This document shows positions 39,628-55,766 of a stretch of DNA of 64,000 bases, piece by piece; positions within the stretch are counted from its first letter, which is position 1, and each line of letters begins with the position of its first letter. The stretch comes from Eledone cirrhosa (taxonomy: Eukaryota). Location of the stretch: contig OZ024752.1 in NCBI GenBank assembly GCA_964016885.1, positions 26,846,001 through 26,910,000 of the forward strand, in the 5' to 3' direction. The position numbers and the translations under genes are program-made. The notes under the pieces are model-generated. The model saw only the letters and a program-made list of their open reading frames with translations. It had not been told where the DNA came from and did not search any database.

Positions 39628-39630
<3 letters not shown>
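37890..39630 (+). mobile_element. Degenerate Penelope with 5' inversion
   Basis: 37893-38084 (-) encodes DKCFPKSHKYHCIFNRHTVKLSYS. 38200-38400 (+) encodes the continuation RTCNCRNNISCLLENNCL...LLYKC...YIGATKSKFKERWYNH. Decayed CTGATGA...GAAA at ~39545. Right boundary approximate. Confidence 0.75.
39191..39383 (-). mobile_element. SINE A
   Basis: Full-length match; TSD-like tctagcgtc. Confidence 0.9.
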
Positions 39631-39658
<28 letters not shown>

Positions 39659-39662
<4 letters not shown>

Positions 39663-40988
39663 TAGGGCTATAACACCCCACTTACCGATTTTGTAATGAG
39701 TAACCCTTCTTGCAAAGGTAGACCTAAGATCTTCTTTTATATCTTTTTATCACTTCCTCTATATTTCCTTCTTCCCCCACCCCTCCCTAGTCCTTCCACC
39801 CCAGTCCTCTTTCTTTGTCGTCGTCCTTTTACTTTCTCGCCCATCCGAGGCAGCCCCTCGGTCCTTTGTAGCCTCAGTACCCCCACCCCTTAACCTATTC
39901 TATGATAGATTTGGCCGATGCCACTTTTTATAGCAGATGTGTTAGACCCGGGATACTTGCCTTCTTATCCGATGGCTGCCCCTTTTCCGTGCTTTCTATA
40001 TTTCTTAGTGGTATCTTTGCTTTAATTTCTCGTATATGATTATTTATTTTTTTTTGGGGGGGGGATTCTGAATTAATTTTCCGTATCAAATTTTACATAT
40101 ACTTCGTACGGGCATTTATGTAGTTTGCACTAGAATTTTTGTATCGTGGCGGCACCTTTAGAGATAGTATAAGTTTTCTTTTTCGGGATTCTGAATTATT
40201 ATTTCGTATTATTTTTTTTTTTTTTTTTTGCACTGGGTGGTTGCTGGCCTTGTGCCTGGGGTAAAAACCTTTATTTCGTACTGGTCTCGGGACTGAATTA
40301 TTATTTTGTGGTAGTTTCTTTAGTATTTTGACCCCCCACTTGTTGACCCGTCACCGTAAGATATATTCGGTTGTTTACTTATACCTCTTAAAATGGTCTC
40401 ATTATAATTCCGTCCCACCTAGTAAACCTTTCTTTAGTCTAGCAGTACCAGTGAGAGACTTGATAGCTGTCCTTAGGTTATTGTAAACAGAAATTGTTTT
40501 TTTTTTACATTTAATTGTTTTTTAACACTCTCGGTATTTCTCTATATATTTACCCCATATTGTTTTACTTATTGTTTCGGCCCCCCCCCCCCCTGGTACC
40601 TTCTTTGACCTCATGCCCAGCTGTAGTTGGCACTATTAACGCACCACGACTGGGTTTCCTCTACCCCCTCTCCCTCTTTCTTCTACTTGCATGTTCAGCT
40701 ACCCCTTCCCTCCACAAATTGCCATGATAGAATTATTATGTCTCAAAAACAAACTTTTGACCAATCCTTGTGACAATCACTTTTACCATATATGGAATTA
40801 CCCCCTGAGAAGCTCGGCTATTCAAATATAAAAAATCTAAATTTTTATTTAGTCCAGAATTAGCCATCGAAACGGCTTGAGCTCAGCCGTCGGGATCCTA
40901 CTCGTTCCTATTACCCACTCTACTACCCTAAGTATTGAGTACTTTGGTGCGTTATGGTCCACCCGATTCCTACCATATTTCCTTCATT
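39659..40988 (+). repeat. 5' pseudo-LTR of Penelope element
   Basis: Near-identical to 43168-44507; starts gactagggctataa. Confidence 0.93.
40801..40895 (+). ncRNA. Type I hammerhead-ribozyme-like motif in 5' pLTR
   Basis: cccc-CTGAGAA-(stem II ggcta...tagcc)-GAAA-cggct tgagctc agccg-TC-ggg. Core deviates from CUGANGA at position 8. Confidence 0.65.
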
Positions 40989-41069
40989 ATCTAGCTCCTA
41001 TTCCCGTAGTAGAGCACTTTCCGACCCTACCACGCCGTATCCAGACTTTTCCGCTCAGCTCAAGTTCGA

Positions 41070-43167
41070 AAACACAACATCGACTTCTCTACCAAGAACA
41101 TCCCAGTCCCACCGAAAAAACTTTACCTTCGGATGCTCATGCAAAAAATCGATCTATTAGATGGAGAACATTTTTCTACGACAGATATTGCGACAATCAG
41201 GACTTCGGTACCAAGGAGAGATTCAGATTTATTACCTAAAAATCTCCCCCTCCGAAACCTATGCTCTCACCCTTCGAGAATGACCTTTTCCAACTGGTCA
41301 AGAACATTAAATTCAAACCCAGACACAACCGATTCCTACAAAAACTCCGTAGCAACTTAACAGAGTATGATAACACCAATGACATCATGGTGCACTCGGA
41401 TAAAACTGGTAACCTCTACTTTGTCAACCCCGACAGATACCACACACTGATCAGGAGCAGCCTAAACTCCACCTATAAAAAGGCTAACCACTCATGCATC
41501 GAGGACATAAATCGAGATGGACAACAAATTACCTCCAACCTCGGGGTCGCCGACAGCAAGGAGCCCCTAGACTCACGGACACCCTACTTCACACTGAAGG
41601 ACCACAAATCCGATTTCGACCGTAAACCTTCTATCACGCTTATAAACCCAACGATGTCCGACATAGGGAGAATCAGCAAAAAAATCCTATATACCAAAAG
41701 TTAAGCAACACGCCAGACTTAGCCTATGGGTCAACACCCAGGAAGTAATCTCATGGTTCAGCAATATGGAGGAAAAACGAGACACTAAATTCATCCAGTT
41801 TGACATAGATAGTTACTATGCTTCAATTACTTTACCGCTACTTACGGCTGCCTTGGACTTCGCCGAAACACTTGTGCCCATCACCGACCAGGAAGACAGT
41901 CTTACTCTTCGACAACTCCAAATGGATAAAGAGAGCTCCCGACTCACCCTTCGACGTCAGCATGGGCGTGACGGATTTGGCTGAGGACACAGATCTTATA
42001 GGATTATTCCTAATAGCCAAACTCACCGATATGTTTCCTGCATTCGGCGGTGGATTGTACCGTGATGATGGGCTCCTTACCCTTAAAGGGTACAAGCCCA
42101 GTAGTACAGATCGGGTCCGTAAACAATTAATCAGCTTCTTCCGCGACTGGGGATTTAAAATAACCCTACAAACGTACCTGACCCGAGTAAACTTCCTGGA
42201 CGTTACCCTTGACCTCGATAATGATCTGTACTACCCATACAGGAAACCTAACGACAACCTGCACTACATCCACCGCCAGTCAAACCATCCTAGGAACATC
42301 ACCAATAACCTGGTTAAAAACATCTCCTTCTGCATATCCCGTTTGTCAGCTAATGAGCAGATATTCGAGGAACATGCGCCTTATTACAACCAGGCCCTCA
42401 AGCAGAGTGGTTTCCGGGAGGAAATATCCTACTGTCCAGCTTCCATTAGCGGAACCAGCAGGCGACACCACCGCTCACGCAACGTAACATGGTTTAATCC
42501 TCCCCACAACGCCGAGGTGACAACTCCTATCGGGAAAATCTTCTTTAGGCTCATTGAAAAACACTTCCCACTACAACACCGCTACCACAACATAATTAAC
42601 AAAAATACTATCAAACTCTCCTACAGCACCACACCAAACTTTGCACAAAACATCGTCTCCGCTAACAACAAAAAACTCAACCCCTATGTAAGAAATAACC
42701 TAAATAGCAGTGGAGAGCCGACCAGGAGGTGCAACTGCCCTGATGGATCCATTTTCCCCCTCGACAACAGATGCAGAGATCGTAATGTGATCTACCAGTG
42801 CAACGTGAGGACGGACACCTCCAACATAGCTTATATAGGATTAACCGCATGTGACTTCAAGACCCGGCTATACCAACACAGACATACCTTCCGAAACCCG
42901 GCCCGGCGTCACGCCACTACACTTTCGGGCCACATATGGGACCTCAAGGACAACAATATTACCTATGATCTCACTTGGAGCTTACTGTCCAGAGACAACT
43001 CTTACACGGGAGGACGCCGTCCGTGCAATTTATGCTCGGAGGAAACTTTACAAATGCTGTTTTTGATGGACCAACTCCTAAACAAGAAAGATGAACTGGT
43101 AGCTGCATGTAAACACAGATTGCGTAGGACTTACCTCGCCCTCAAACCCCATAATGACCCGGGGGGT

Positions 43168-43182
<15 letters not shown>
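41070..43182 (+). pseudogene. Penelope RT-GIY-YIG polyprotein, frameshifted
   Basis: FSTKNIPVP..., LSPFENDL..., DKTGNLY, QFDIDSYY, YRDDG, FLDVTLDL, WFNPP, KLSYS, CNC, VIYQC...YIGLT, CNLC, CKH, spread over several frames. Start approximate. Confidence 0.92.
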
Positions 43183-44683
<1,501 letters not shown>

Positions 44684-44898
44684 TGAGTGTGTATAAACAT
44701 ATATATATATATACTATCCTGGAGCTTCCAACAGAAATGGTCGCATTCTTTAAGGGTATGTCAATATTTATTTATAAAACTGATCTATATTATATTTTAT
44801 CTGATGAAAGCGCACCATAATTTGACTTGGTGTCCTTGAAATATGTATAATGAAATAAATATGGTTTTATAAATATAGTTTCCATTTGTTAATATATC

Positions 44899-44957
<59 letters not shown>

Positions 44958-45235
44958 TATATACATATATATATACATATATATACATATATATATACAT
45001 ATATATATATAAATATATATATACATATATATATATATACACATATATATATAAACATATACATATTTATATAAATATACATATATAAACACATATATAT
45101 ATATATATATATATATAAATATATATAAACATATATATATATATAAACATATACATAAACATATATATATAAATATATATATATAAACACATATATATAT
45201 ATAAACATATACATAAACATATATATAAAAACATA

Positions 45236-45300
<65 letters not shown>

Positions 45301-45305
45301 ACACA

Positions 45306-45339
<34 letters not shown>

Positions 45340-45345
<6 letters not shown>

Positions 45346-45714
45346 TAAACGGAATAGAAAATGCTGACAAATTGTTCACAGTTGAAAAATGGTTTAATTA
45401 GGAATAAAAGAGTATTAGTAATTGTATGGGTTAGTATTCAGTTGTGGTTTTAAGTTTTTAAGTTTTTACCGGTTGCGCATTTCTAAATGCTTTTCAAAAA
45501 TAATTTTGAGATAGAGTGTCCGTGTTGTTTGCTCTGATCTGATTAGTTTTGTAAATTCTACCTGTTTTTATGTTAAAAAGTGGCTCCAGCGCTACTTTGG
45601 TGTTGCAAAAATTCTTGTGGTCAAAACAATTTTGATATTGTCGGTAGAGGTCATGTGAATAAAACATTGATTTTTCGCCAAGACTGAGAAATAACTCCTT
45701 CACAACAAATATGT

Positions 45715-45746
<32 letters not shown>

Positions 45747-46202
45747 AGTAGTAGTAGTAAAGTGTTCGATGTTGTGATAATGGTTAGCAGGGATGTGTGT
45801 CAAATGGCTATTAAGATAAGTGTGTGTGTGTGTGTGTGTGTATAGCAGAGTAATTCGTGGTAGCAGGGATGGTCAGTAGGAATGTGTCTGTAAGCAGTGG
45901 GGGGTATTTTAGCATGTCAAAAGATATTTTTCAGCTTTTGTCTTATACGGAGAAGTGTGTGTGTGTATAAGTCTCTTTGTATGTTAATGTACGTGTGTGT
46001 ATGTGTGTGTGTGTGTGTGTGTGCATATATATATGTGTGTGTGTGTGTGTGTGAAATTGTGTGTGTGTGTGTGTGTGTGGGTGGATCCGTATTTTTTTCC
46101 CCTTGGTAAAATGGTGTACATTATTCGATTTTTTCAGTAAAATCGGTTCTCTTAATAGGACATCAAAAATCTTAACAATAAAAGGTGTGAAATGATATTC
46201 AC

Positions 46203-46234
<32 letters not shown>

Positions 46235-47205
46235 TTCACTATATATATATATATATATATACACATATATTTTTTTGTGTTGCACCATAGAACATGTGTG
46301 TTTACATATGTCATTGTGTTTATATGTGGGTAGAGATGTGTGCTGATGTAGGTATGTATGTTGACGTGTGTATGTTGTGGGTTCGTCTTAGGGAGAAGTG
46401 TTTAGACGGGGTCCGTATTTGTTAATGAAGTAAGATTCCTTGCTAAGGCGCTGGGTGTGGGTGGCATTATCTTTAAATTTGTAGGGCGGAAAGATTCTGA
46501 AGTTGGGATGATTTTGGGCGGCACAGGTATCAATGTGTTCACTCAGTGGTATTTTCCTGTATTCCTGTATTTTAATTTGGGATCTATGGACAGTCATGCG
46601 TTGGCGGAGGCTGTTTTTGGTCTGGCCTATGTATTGTTCTCGACAACCTGAGCAAGTTAATACATATATTAGATTTTCCGATGCACATGTGAAATTGTGT
46701 TTTACTATAAAACGTTGTCCTTCTTTGAAATAGAATTCCGAACCCTCTATTAGGTTGAAGCAAATGCCACAGTTGGGTCTATCGCATTTTTTTACTGTGG
46801 GTTTCGTTGTTGTGATTGGCAGTACTTTGGCATGTGTTAGGATGTTTTTCATTGACTTTTGCTCTTTATGATATAAAAATATACAAACACATGACCTCTA
46901 CCGACCAATCAAAATTGTTTTGACCACAAGAATTTTTTCAACACCAAAGTAGCGCTGGAGCCACTTTTTTAACATAAAAACAGGTAGAATTTCCAAAACT
47001 AATCAGATCAGAGCAAACAACACGGACACTATCTCAAAATTATTTTTGAAAAGCATTTAGAAATGCGCAACCGGTAAAAACTTAAAAACTTAAAACCACA
47101 ACTGAATACTAACCCATACAATCACTAATACTCTTTTATTCCTAATTAAACCATTTTTCAACTGTGAACAATTTGTCAGCATTTTCTATTCCGTTTACCA
47201 ATATA
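45340..47205 (-). mobile_element. 5'-truncated Penelope (different subfamily) with inverted arms
   Basis: ORF 46388-46852: KCDRPNCGIC...FTCASENLIYVLTCSGCREQYIGQT...RMTVHRSQI...KESYFI...LN. 45340-45655 is inverted relative to 46890-47203. Confidence 0.88.
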
Positions 47206-47331
47206 TAATAACTTGTGTGTTAGACCTCTATTCTTTTAACTATATATATATATATATATACATATATGTATATACATATATATATATATACATACATATA
47301 TGTGTATATATATATATATATACATACATAT

Positions 47332-47441
<110 letters not shown>

Positions 47442-47689
47442 TGTGAGCACTTCCGGATAGAGAGTGTCAAACATGAGTATGTGACAGACAAAGACAACTG
47501 TGTACTAACCCACATATATCTTCCAACGTTTCTATATCATACGTTTCTCCAAGACCACCCATCTCAGAAATGTGTTTGTGCATCGGCTGGATACACTGTA
47601 TGATATTGTTAGGATCACACCGCCGCAGATCGTCTATTAATGCTGAATAATAAAAGAGAAACAAAAACACATGAGATATTGAAGCAGTG

Positions 47690-47841
47690 ACATGTGTGTG
47701 TATATGTGTGCATGTAAGTGTGTGTATATGTTCGTATGTGTGTGTGTGTGTGTGTCTTTATGAGTGTATCAGCCAGCTTTGAAGGGGCTGTTTGTATAGT
47801 TTTATGTGTGTGTATGTGCTTTTATGTGTGTGTATATGTTC

Positions 47842-47878
<37 letters not shown>

Positions 47879-48069
47879 TTTATGAGTGTATCAGCCAGCT
47901 TTGAAGGGGCTGTGTTTGTATATTTTTATGTGTGTGTATATGCTTTTATGTGTGTGTATATGTTCGTGTGTGTGTGTGTGTGTCTTTATGAGTGTATCAG
48001 CCAGCTTTGAAGGGGCTGTGTTTGTATATTTTTATGTGTGTGTATGTGCTTTTATGTGTGTGTATGTGT

Positions 48070-48108
<39 letters not shown>

Positions 48109-48301
48109 TTTATGTGTGTATCAGCCAGCTTTGAAGGGGCTGTGTTTGTATGTTTTTATGTGTGTGCATGTGCTTTTATGTGTGTGTATATGTTCGTATG
48201 TGTGTGTGTGTGTCTTTATGGGTGTATCAGCCAGCTTTGAAGTGGCTGTGTTTGTATATTTTTATGTGTGTGTATGTGCTTTTATGTGTGTGTATATGTT
48301 C

Positions 48302-48336
<35 letters not shown>

Positions 48337-48545
48337 TTTATGCGTGTATCAGCCAGCTTTGAAGGGGCTGTGTTTGTATATTTTTATGTGTGTGTATGTG
48401 CTTTTATGTGTGTGTATATGTTCGTATGTGTGTGTGTGTGTGTGTCTTTATGTGTGTATCAGCCAGCTTTGAAGGGGCTGTGTTTGTATATTTTTATGTG
48501 TGTGTATGTGCTTTTATGTGTGTGCATATGTTCGTATGCGCGCGC

Positions 48546-48590
<45 letters not shown>

Positions 48591-48935
48591 TTTATGTGTG
48601 TATCAGCCAGCTTTGAAGGGGCTGTGTTTGTATGATTTTATGTGTGTGTATGTGCTTTTATGTGTGTATCAGCCAGCTTTGAGGAGGGGGAGGGGGCAGT
48701 GTGTGTATGTGTGCATGTAAGTGTATGTATATATTCGTATGTATGTGTGTGTGTTTGTATGTGTGTGTATGTGTTTTTATGTGTGTGTCAGCCAGCTTTG
48801 AGGGGGCGGTGTTTGTGTGTGTGTATGTGTTTTTATGTGTGTGTCAGGCAGCTTTGAGGAGAGGGCAGTGTGTGTATATGTTTGTATGTGTGTGTATGTG
48901 TTTTTATGTGTGTGTGTGTCAGCCAGCTTTGAGTG
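47690..48935 (+). repeat. Compound minisatellite (~110-125-bp units with core tatcagccagctttgaaggggctgtg plus TG arrays)
   Basis: More than ten copies of the cagccagctttga core. Confidence 0.9.
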
Positions 48936-49145
48936 GGAGAGGAAGGCCGCGCCTGATGATAAACATAAAAAAAGAAAGCTGTCTGCCACTCAAGCACCAA
49001 CTGGCTAAATATATATACTTGCCCCAACTGTACCAGAGCTTGCAGGTCCAGGATTGGCCTACAGCCACCTCAGGCAGTGCCACCGCATGGAACGGGACAA
49101 CAATTCTTCCCACTGATCTTCACAAGCGAAGAACTAGCCATTCCT
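48915..49145 (+). mobile_element. RTE LINE 3' fragment
   Basis: FEWERKAAPDDKHKKRK...YTCPNCTRACRSRIGL. Confidence 0.75.
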
Positions 49146-50917
49146 AATTGCGCACATCTCTGTGTGTGTGTATATATATATATGTGACTGTTGTATAACT
49201 TTAATAGGTGTGTTAGTGTCATATTAGTATTAAAAAGATATGGGGTAAATGTTTCGAAGTCTATTACCATATCTTCCATGTGGTCTTCATTTATGTTTGA
49301 GACGCCATCAGTGATTATTTTAATGCACAGTTGACATTTGCATGGGTAATTCTACATCTAATGTTGTGCGCTAAGTTTACATTTCGTGTAAAATTCTAGA
49401 TTATTTCTTGCAAGGAAAGGTTTCAGACAACCAAACAGTCGCAAACATTTCTTTGTAGAATTCATTGCCTCTTGGACTACTGCATTATATGCTACTGAAA
49501 TAAACGCAGTTGTATCTCGTTGGCAAAAATATATAACATGCTATAGTTTTTTTTTTATAAATAAACTTTATTCTGGACTGAGACACGTCATTTTAAATTT
49601 AATGCTTAAGAACCTGTATTGATTTTGGCACAACATGTTCAGCTAAAACTTCACAATAACTACTTTTGCTTCATCTTTTGTATCTTCTAGTAATAGTGGA
49701 TTTACTTATGGACATTTCTATATGTTTGCAATTTAAAATCGTTAGATGGTTGTAAAACACTTAATGATCATCAGGTGCCTTAATTGGTTAATGGAACTAA
49801 ACAGAACATTGTGAGATGAAAAAGGAGAAAAAAGAAAATAAACAAGAATAAATAAGATGAAGTAATTATACTCAAATACAAATAAATACATAAAGGTATT
49901 TTACCAATATATTACACGCTAAAATTGTCATTGAATTGTTGTGGTGTGAGAGAAATGAATCTACATAATTTCGCTGTTGTCCGTTTCAGTTATCGATTCA
50001 GTAATTTGAAATAAGAATATTCCCATTGTGCACTATAATCACACACTATTCAATTGTACAAAGATGAAGCAAGTCACTACAATAGTTTATACGGTTTTGG
50101 TAATTTCTGGTAATTTCCCAATTGATATTAAAGTATATACGTTTATTCTTCAAACCTCAAATATATTTAGAAGACATTGTGCCTGCTTTTCTGGTTAAAA
50201 TTACCATTAGTCAAATGTAATCGCTCGCAATCAATTCACTCGTCATGACATATATGCACGGTCTACAATGGTATTTGCGTGCTATCTGCCATCCATAGAG
50301 CACACCATTGAGTTGACAAAATTATACAATTAATATGGGTTTCAAAGGGGGTGGAGGAACAATTGGTAAAGTGATCAATGTTTTAGTTGTACTAATGACA
50401 AATTATAGTAAACATATTTTCAACTGGAAGTCATATGAACTCGCAAAATTAGAAAGCATATATTTTCTCCAACTTCAGTTAGATTGTGGCCATGTGAATT
50501 TGAAAATCTGTTGTAAAATATAATACGTAGGACTACAAAAATTTCTGACAAACAATATATTGGAAAAGTAATATTAAGTTAAAAAACATGAACAAAACAA
50601 AAAGCTGTTTTCTGACTCTAAACATGCCAACAAATACAACAGAAATGTTGCAAAGAAAGACAACTGTAAGAAGTACACAAACCTAAAAGTTGTAATGGAA
50701 AAACGAACACGATGTTTAAAGTGGCTATGGCAAATAAAACATCCGAGATAGTTAGTACATGAAAAAAAAATATATATACAGAATGCAAATAGACATACAA
50801 ATCATTTGGTGAGCAGGACTCAAATCTAGAACTGAAAGAATCATGATTGTGGCTTAACACGTGAAAGGTTAAGAAGAAATAATTAACAAAATTGTCTGTG
50901 GCTGTCATGTCAGAGTC

Positions 50918-51104
50918 AATAATTGTTTCTACGTTAGGCACAAGGCCAGCAATTACTCAGTACATTACTGGTACTTTATTTTATCGACCCCGTAAGGATG
51001 AAAGGCAAAGTTAACCTCGGCGGGATTTGAACTCAGACTGTAAAGGGGCGTAACTATGCTAGAAAGCATGGCGTCCAACCCTCTACCGATACTGCCAATT
51101 CACC
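50918..51104 (-). mobile_element. SINE A
   Basis: TSD gtcaataat. Confidence 0.9.
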
Positions 51105-52559
51105 GTCAATAATACAGGCATGACAGAAATGATATTTCATAAAATGGAAGCCAAGATGACATTATCAACAAAAAAAAGGTGATATTACATACAACAGAAA
51201 CACTGCAGAGAACAACAAATTGACCGTATACTGTAATATGCCAATCTTCAAAGTCAAAGAGAATAAAGCTAAACGATCAAGCAGAACCTGAAATGAACAT
51301 GCCTCCTAAATAATGTATCAGTCCAAACAAACGATAAGTATCTCTCAAAGAAATGGAAAGATTATGTAAATATATAGATCTGGAAATACAGATAAGTAGA
51401 ATGTAATAGAAATGGAAATAATCATTATAATAGTAGGTGACTTAAAATATGTGAACAAATATTCAGGGGTTAGAAATCTGAACAACTTACAGGAAATAGT
51501 GCTAATGGGCACTGAATACATATTATATAGATTATTATCAATACAATGGTATGGTACGGCCCGGTAACTCCTGATAGAGTTGTAGGGGCACCGTATTGAC
51601 ATACGACGTTTCTTGGGGATTTTAAGCCAGACGGAGCGCATCCCTCTCCAGGCCTGAGTACAGCAGATTTCTTCCAGAGAAAGACAGAAAGGGACAGAAA
51701 GGGGGTGAAAAAGAGATAGAGAAAGAATCGACCCCAGTACTAGACTGGTACTTTATTTATCGACCTCGGCGGGATTTAAACTCAGAGAGCGGAGAGCCGA
51801 AACGAATTCCACAAAGCAATCTATCCGACGTTCTAACGACTCTGATAATGCGCAAAAATCTACAATCGACCCAATAGAAAACGACAAAAAAGCAGTAAAA
51901 CATTCAATTACATGAACAGCATGAAAAACAAAACAAAAACAACCACAACAATAACCACAATAAAATAAAATATAAACAACAATAATAGCAACAACAAAGC
52001 CAACAGCAAGCCCTAAACATCAAGTGGACTATTCGCAACCATACAGATAGAGAAATATATACATAGAGGACTTTACAAAACACAAATATCTTCCACTGAT
52101 TAAGTTTATTTGAAAAAACAAAAAACAATTGAAATAATTGTCGTTCCAACGAATTTTGAATTTAGATTTTCCCAACACTCTGCAAGTCAACCGGATGTTT
52201 ACACTAAAATAAATAAAGTCTTTTATGAACTCTTTCCCTGGCTTTCTCGACCAAAGCAAATGATCTCTCCCCTATTTTCTTTCCTTCAACAGATATGGTG
52301 AGAATTATAGTAGAAAGTATAAATGTACACAGTTGAGATTGCCAACAGCGAGATCAGAATTTCAAAAACGCATGCACAAACACCCATGTTTGAAGACTAC
52401 GTGTTATACTCAAAACTGTGATCTGACAAAATCGAGCGACAGCATGATACTGTTGTTTTGCAATGATTTAAAATTAGTAGTACGGCTGATTTTCATGAAT
52501 TTAGGCGGTAAATCAGTGGTGCTAGATGTGGATACTTCAACAGCTTTCGACGGTTCTCG

Positions 52560-52967
52560 TTGGGAAATGCAACGTTCTGCCAGGGTCTGCGAAAGCCGAT
52601 AACCGCAGCTGAGTGCAAATCGTCAGGTTTGGATAAACTTCCAAACGAGTTTTACCAATACATGTCAGGTTTCTTCAGCGAAGACTGTATAGATGCTTAC
52701 CGTGTCGGTTAGCAGAACTGGAGCATTTTCAGTTTTGTGAGTCATGGAATGGTACTGCTACTGTAAAAACGGGTCATAATGGATGTTGTGCAGCATATTA
52801 CTTTGCTGAATGCAGAGTTTAAGACTTTAGCCAAGGTGTTAGCAAAAAAGTTGGTTCTTATCCTCTGTTGTATGGACAAGAAAAGTCCCAAAATGAGCAA
52901 TCCAGTTAACCTTTGCGATAACTTCCACCTCATGCGTTGCATCATAGAGAAGGGATTTATTGACTGA
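52560..52967 (+). mobile_element. Degenerate L1/Tx1-like RT fragment; related fragment at 7250-7560
   Basis: ITLLNAEFKTLAKVLAKKL...CDNFHLMR. Confidence 0.6.
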
Positions 52968-53083
52968 CTAAAAATTGAGTTCTTCGTATATCAAAAGGAA
53001 ATATTTCTGTGGAAACCACATTTTATGCAATCTGCGGTATAAATGCCTCTTTCACCAGGCACCCTCATACCAAACAAGGAATC

Positions 53084-53620
53084 GTGGATTGGCAATATTG
53101 GTAGAGCGTTAGAGACCATGCTTTGCAGCATAGAGTTATGACACCTTTACAGTCTGAGTTCAAATCTCGCCGAGGTTAGCTTTATCTTTCATCCTTACGC
53201 TGGCCTTGTGCCAAAAGTAGAAACAATTATCATCAACATAATTATCATCATCATCATAATCACTATCATCTTCTGGTTGTATCGGTAGTGCGTCGGACAC
53301 TATGCTTTGCGGCAGAGAGTTATGGCCCTTTATGGTCTGAGTTCAAATCCCGCCGTGATTAGCTTTACCTTTCATCCTTACGCGGTCGATAAAATAAAAT
53401 ACCAGTCACGTACTGGGTTGATTTAATCGACTTTCCTCTCCCCTCAAATTTCTGGCCTTGTGCCTATATAAGAAACCATTATTTACGTCCCTTTATGATC
53501 TGAGTTCAAATCTTGCCGAGGTTAACTTTGCCTTTCTTCCTTACGGGGTCGATAAAATAAAGTACCAGTAATACACTGGTATAATTGCTGGCCTTGTGCG
53601 AAAAGTAGAAACAATTATTA
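53084..53620 (+). mobile_element. Three tandem SINE A-family copies
   Basis: Repeated gagttcaaatc...ggccttgtgc blocks. Confidence 0.8.
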
Positions 53621-54001
53621 TTATTATTATTATTTCTTTGCTACCAAAACTCGTACCCAGAATTCTTTTACCTCTCTGCTGTTAGTGATACATTGATTTT
53701 TTACCTAGCTCTTGATAATATCATTTTAAGTTGGAGACATACTGTTTGTTTTGTTCAAAGAATCATTGTCCTCTGCAATATCGATTTAACGAGGATCTCT
53801 TGTTGCAGGCATTCTTCGATTTCAGATACATTTTTTTTATTTTGCATCTGTAGTATTTTCCCTAAAGTAAATAACAATACATAAAAAATCTTAGAACATC
53901 TACAGATATATGATAAAAATTTGAAATTAAAGGATGTTTCTCATTCATTCACTCACTCACTCACTCTCTCTTTTTCTTCCCTTTCTTTCATTCTCTCCCT
54001 C

Positions 54002-54055
<54 letters not shown>

Positions 54056-54383
54056 CACACACACAAACACGCACACATATATATATCATATGTTTATTTA
54101 TTCAATTTAAACTTCCGTATAGAGCTAGTAAGCCACGGCAGTGTGGGGAATTATTGAGTATTCCTTATAGTTGGTAATCAAAAAGAGCTAGTGAGACATG
54201 TAATAAAACAGAAAAGAAAAGGGAAAAAAAAACTAAAAGAGGGGGAAAAATAAAAATATAATTGAAGGCAGATTATACATAAGAAAACGAAAAAGAAAAG
54301 AGGAAACAAGGCACACTGTAAAACAGAAGTTTCTGTTTTTGAATCTTTTCGTATTTTCCTTATACTCAAAGATTTTGTTTATA

Positions 54384-54510
54384 CAGGGTGGCCCAAAAGT
54401 TGCGATACGTAAACAAAATAATTATGTTTTTATAAGAAACAATTTATTCAAAATAAATAAATATGGAATCTTAAACATTTCCTATATATTGCGACTTTTG
54501 GGCCACCTTG
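54384..54510. mobile_element. Tc1/mariner MITE (127 bp)
   Basis: TA-cagggtggcccaaaagttgcg...cgacttttgggccaccttg-TA. Confidence 0.8.
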
Positions 54511-54766
54511 TATTTGGTAGACCTGTAATCATATTGAACTTCCAATCTTGGTAGATTTTTAAAGATTGGAAAGCATCCGCCTGGTTTACTCAACCATGAG
54601 GTATATTTTTGTCTATTATTTCCTCGTATTTATAATTTGATAAATAGCTCTGATTAATTGATTATTTTAATTCTTTTGATTATTTAAACTCTTTCGGTCA
54701 TTGAGCAAAACTGGACAAAGCGGGTGCCGCACACACATATACCTATGTATCTCTGTGTGCATCCCA

Positions 54767-54940
54767 TCAGTATCGGTAGAGGGTCGGACGCCATGCTTTC
54801 CAGCATAGTTACGTCCCTTTACCATCTGAGTTCAAATCCCGCCGAGGTTGACTTTGCCTTTCATCCTTACGGGATCGATAAAATAAAGTACCAGTAATGC
54901 ACTGGTAATTGCTGGCCTTGTGCCTAAAGTAGAAACAATT
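54767..54940 (+). mobile_element. SINE A
   Basis: Matches family A. Confidence 0.88.
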
Positions 54941-55290
54941 ACTATATTATCCCCAAATCCCTTATGGTCGAGTTAACCAGGCGGGTGTTAACTGCTCTTT
55001 CAAGCAAATACGGTACTGGCTTAATGTCCACCTTTACCTCCCTTCTGTGACCGGTGTATCACGTGTTAATTTCTCCCTCCGCCTCTCGAGAACCATTCAC
55101 TTATCACGATCGGGTCAAGAAACAGTTCACTAACTGTGTGTTGTCTTGATAATCCTTATCAACCTACCAGCGATGGTGCACTTCTTTAGTGCATGATTGC
55201 TGCAAAACAATTCGGCGAAACTGCAGTCGGGACTTTGAAGAAAAAATAGGTATATTTTTGTCTATTATTTCCTCGTATTTTTAATTTGAT

Positions 55291-55326
<36 letters not shown>

Positions 55327-55766
55327 GTTTCCCACCTCTCTAGCTCCCCCTCTGTCTTTTATTTTTGAAAATGTTTTTGCTATGTTATTTCATTACAGAT
55401 TTTATTTAGGTTTTATACATATTCTCTCTTCATTTGTAATTATTTTCTCTATGTATATTATCAATGTTTATTTTATTACTTGGGTTTTCGGATTTAATAG
55501 TCCTGGGTGAAAGCGCATCACCTACTGACTAAGTTGTTCGTGTCACAATCGTAAGGTTGTGGGCTTGATTCACGGCAGCGCATTGTGCCATTGACAAAGG
55601 TACTTTATTTCACGTTGCTCCAGTCCACTCATTAATTCAAATGGTCACATTACTGTGTCACGATGAACACCCCCACTCCTCACCTGATAACGTAGCGTAC
55701 ACGTATCTGTGGTATGTTCAGTTTGCATACATTTTTTTGTCACTACCCTAGCAGCTGAATATAATA

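Noticed and set aside
47690-48935. CRISPR-like repeat/spacer appearance
   Set aside because: The spacers are TG microsatellite variants of each other; eukaryotic context, no cas genes.
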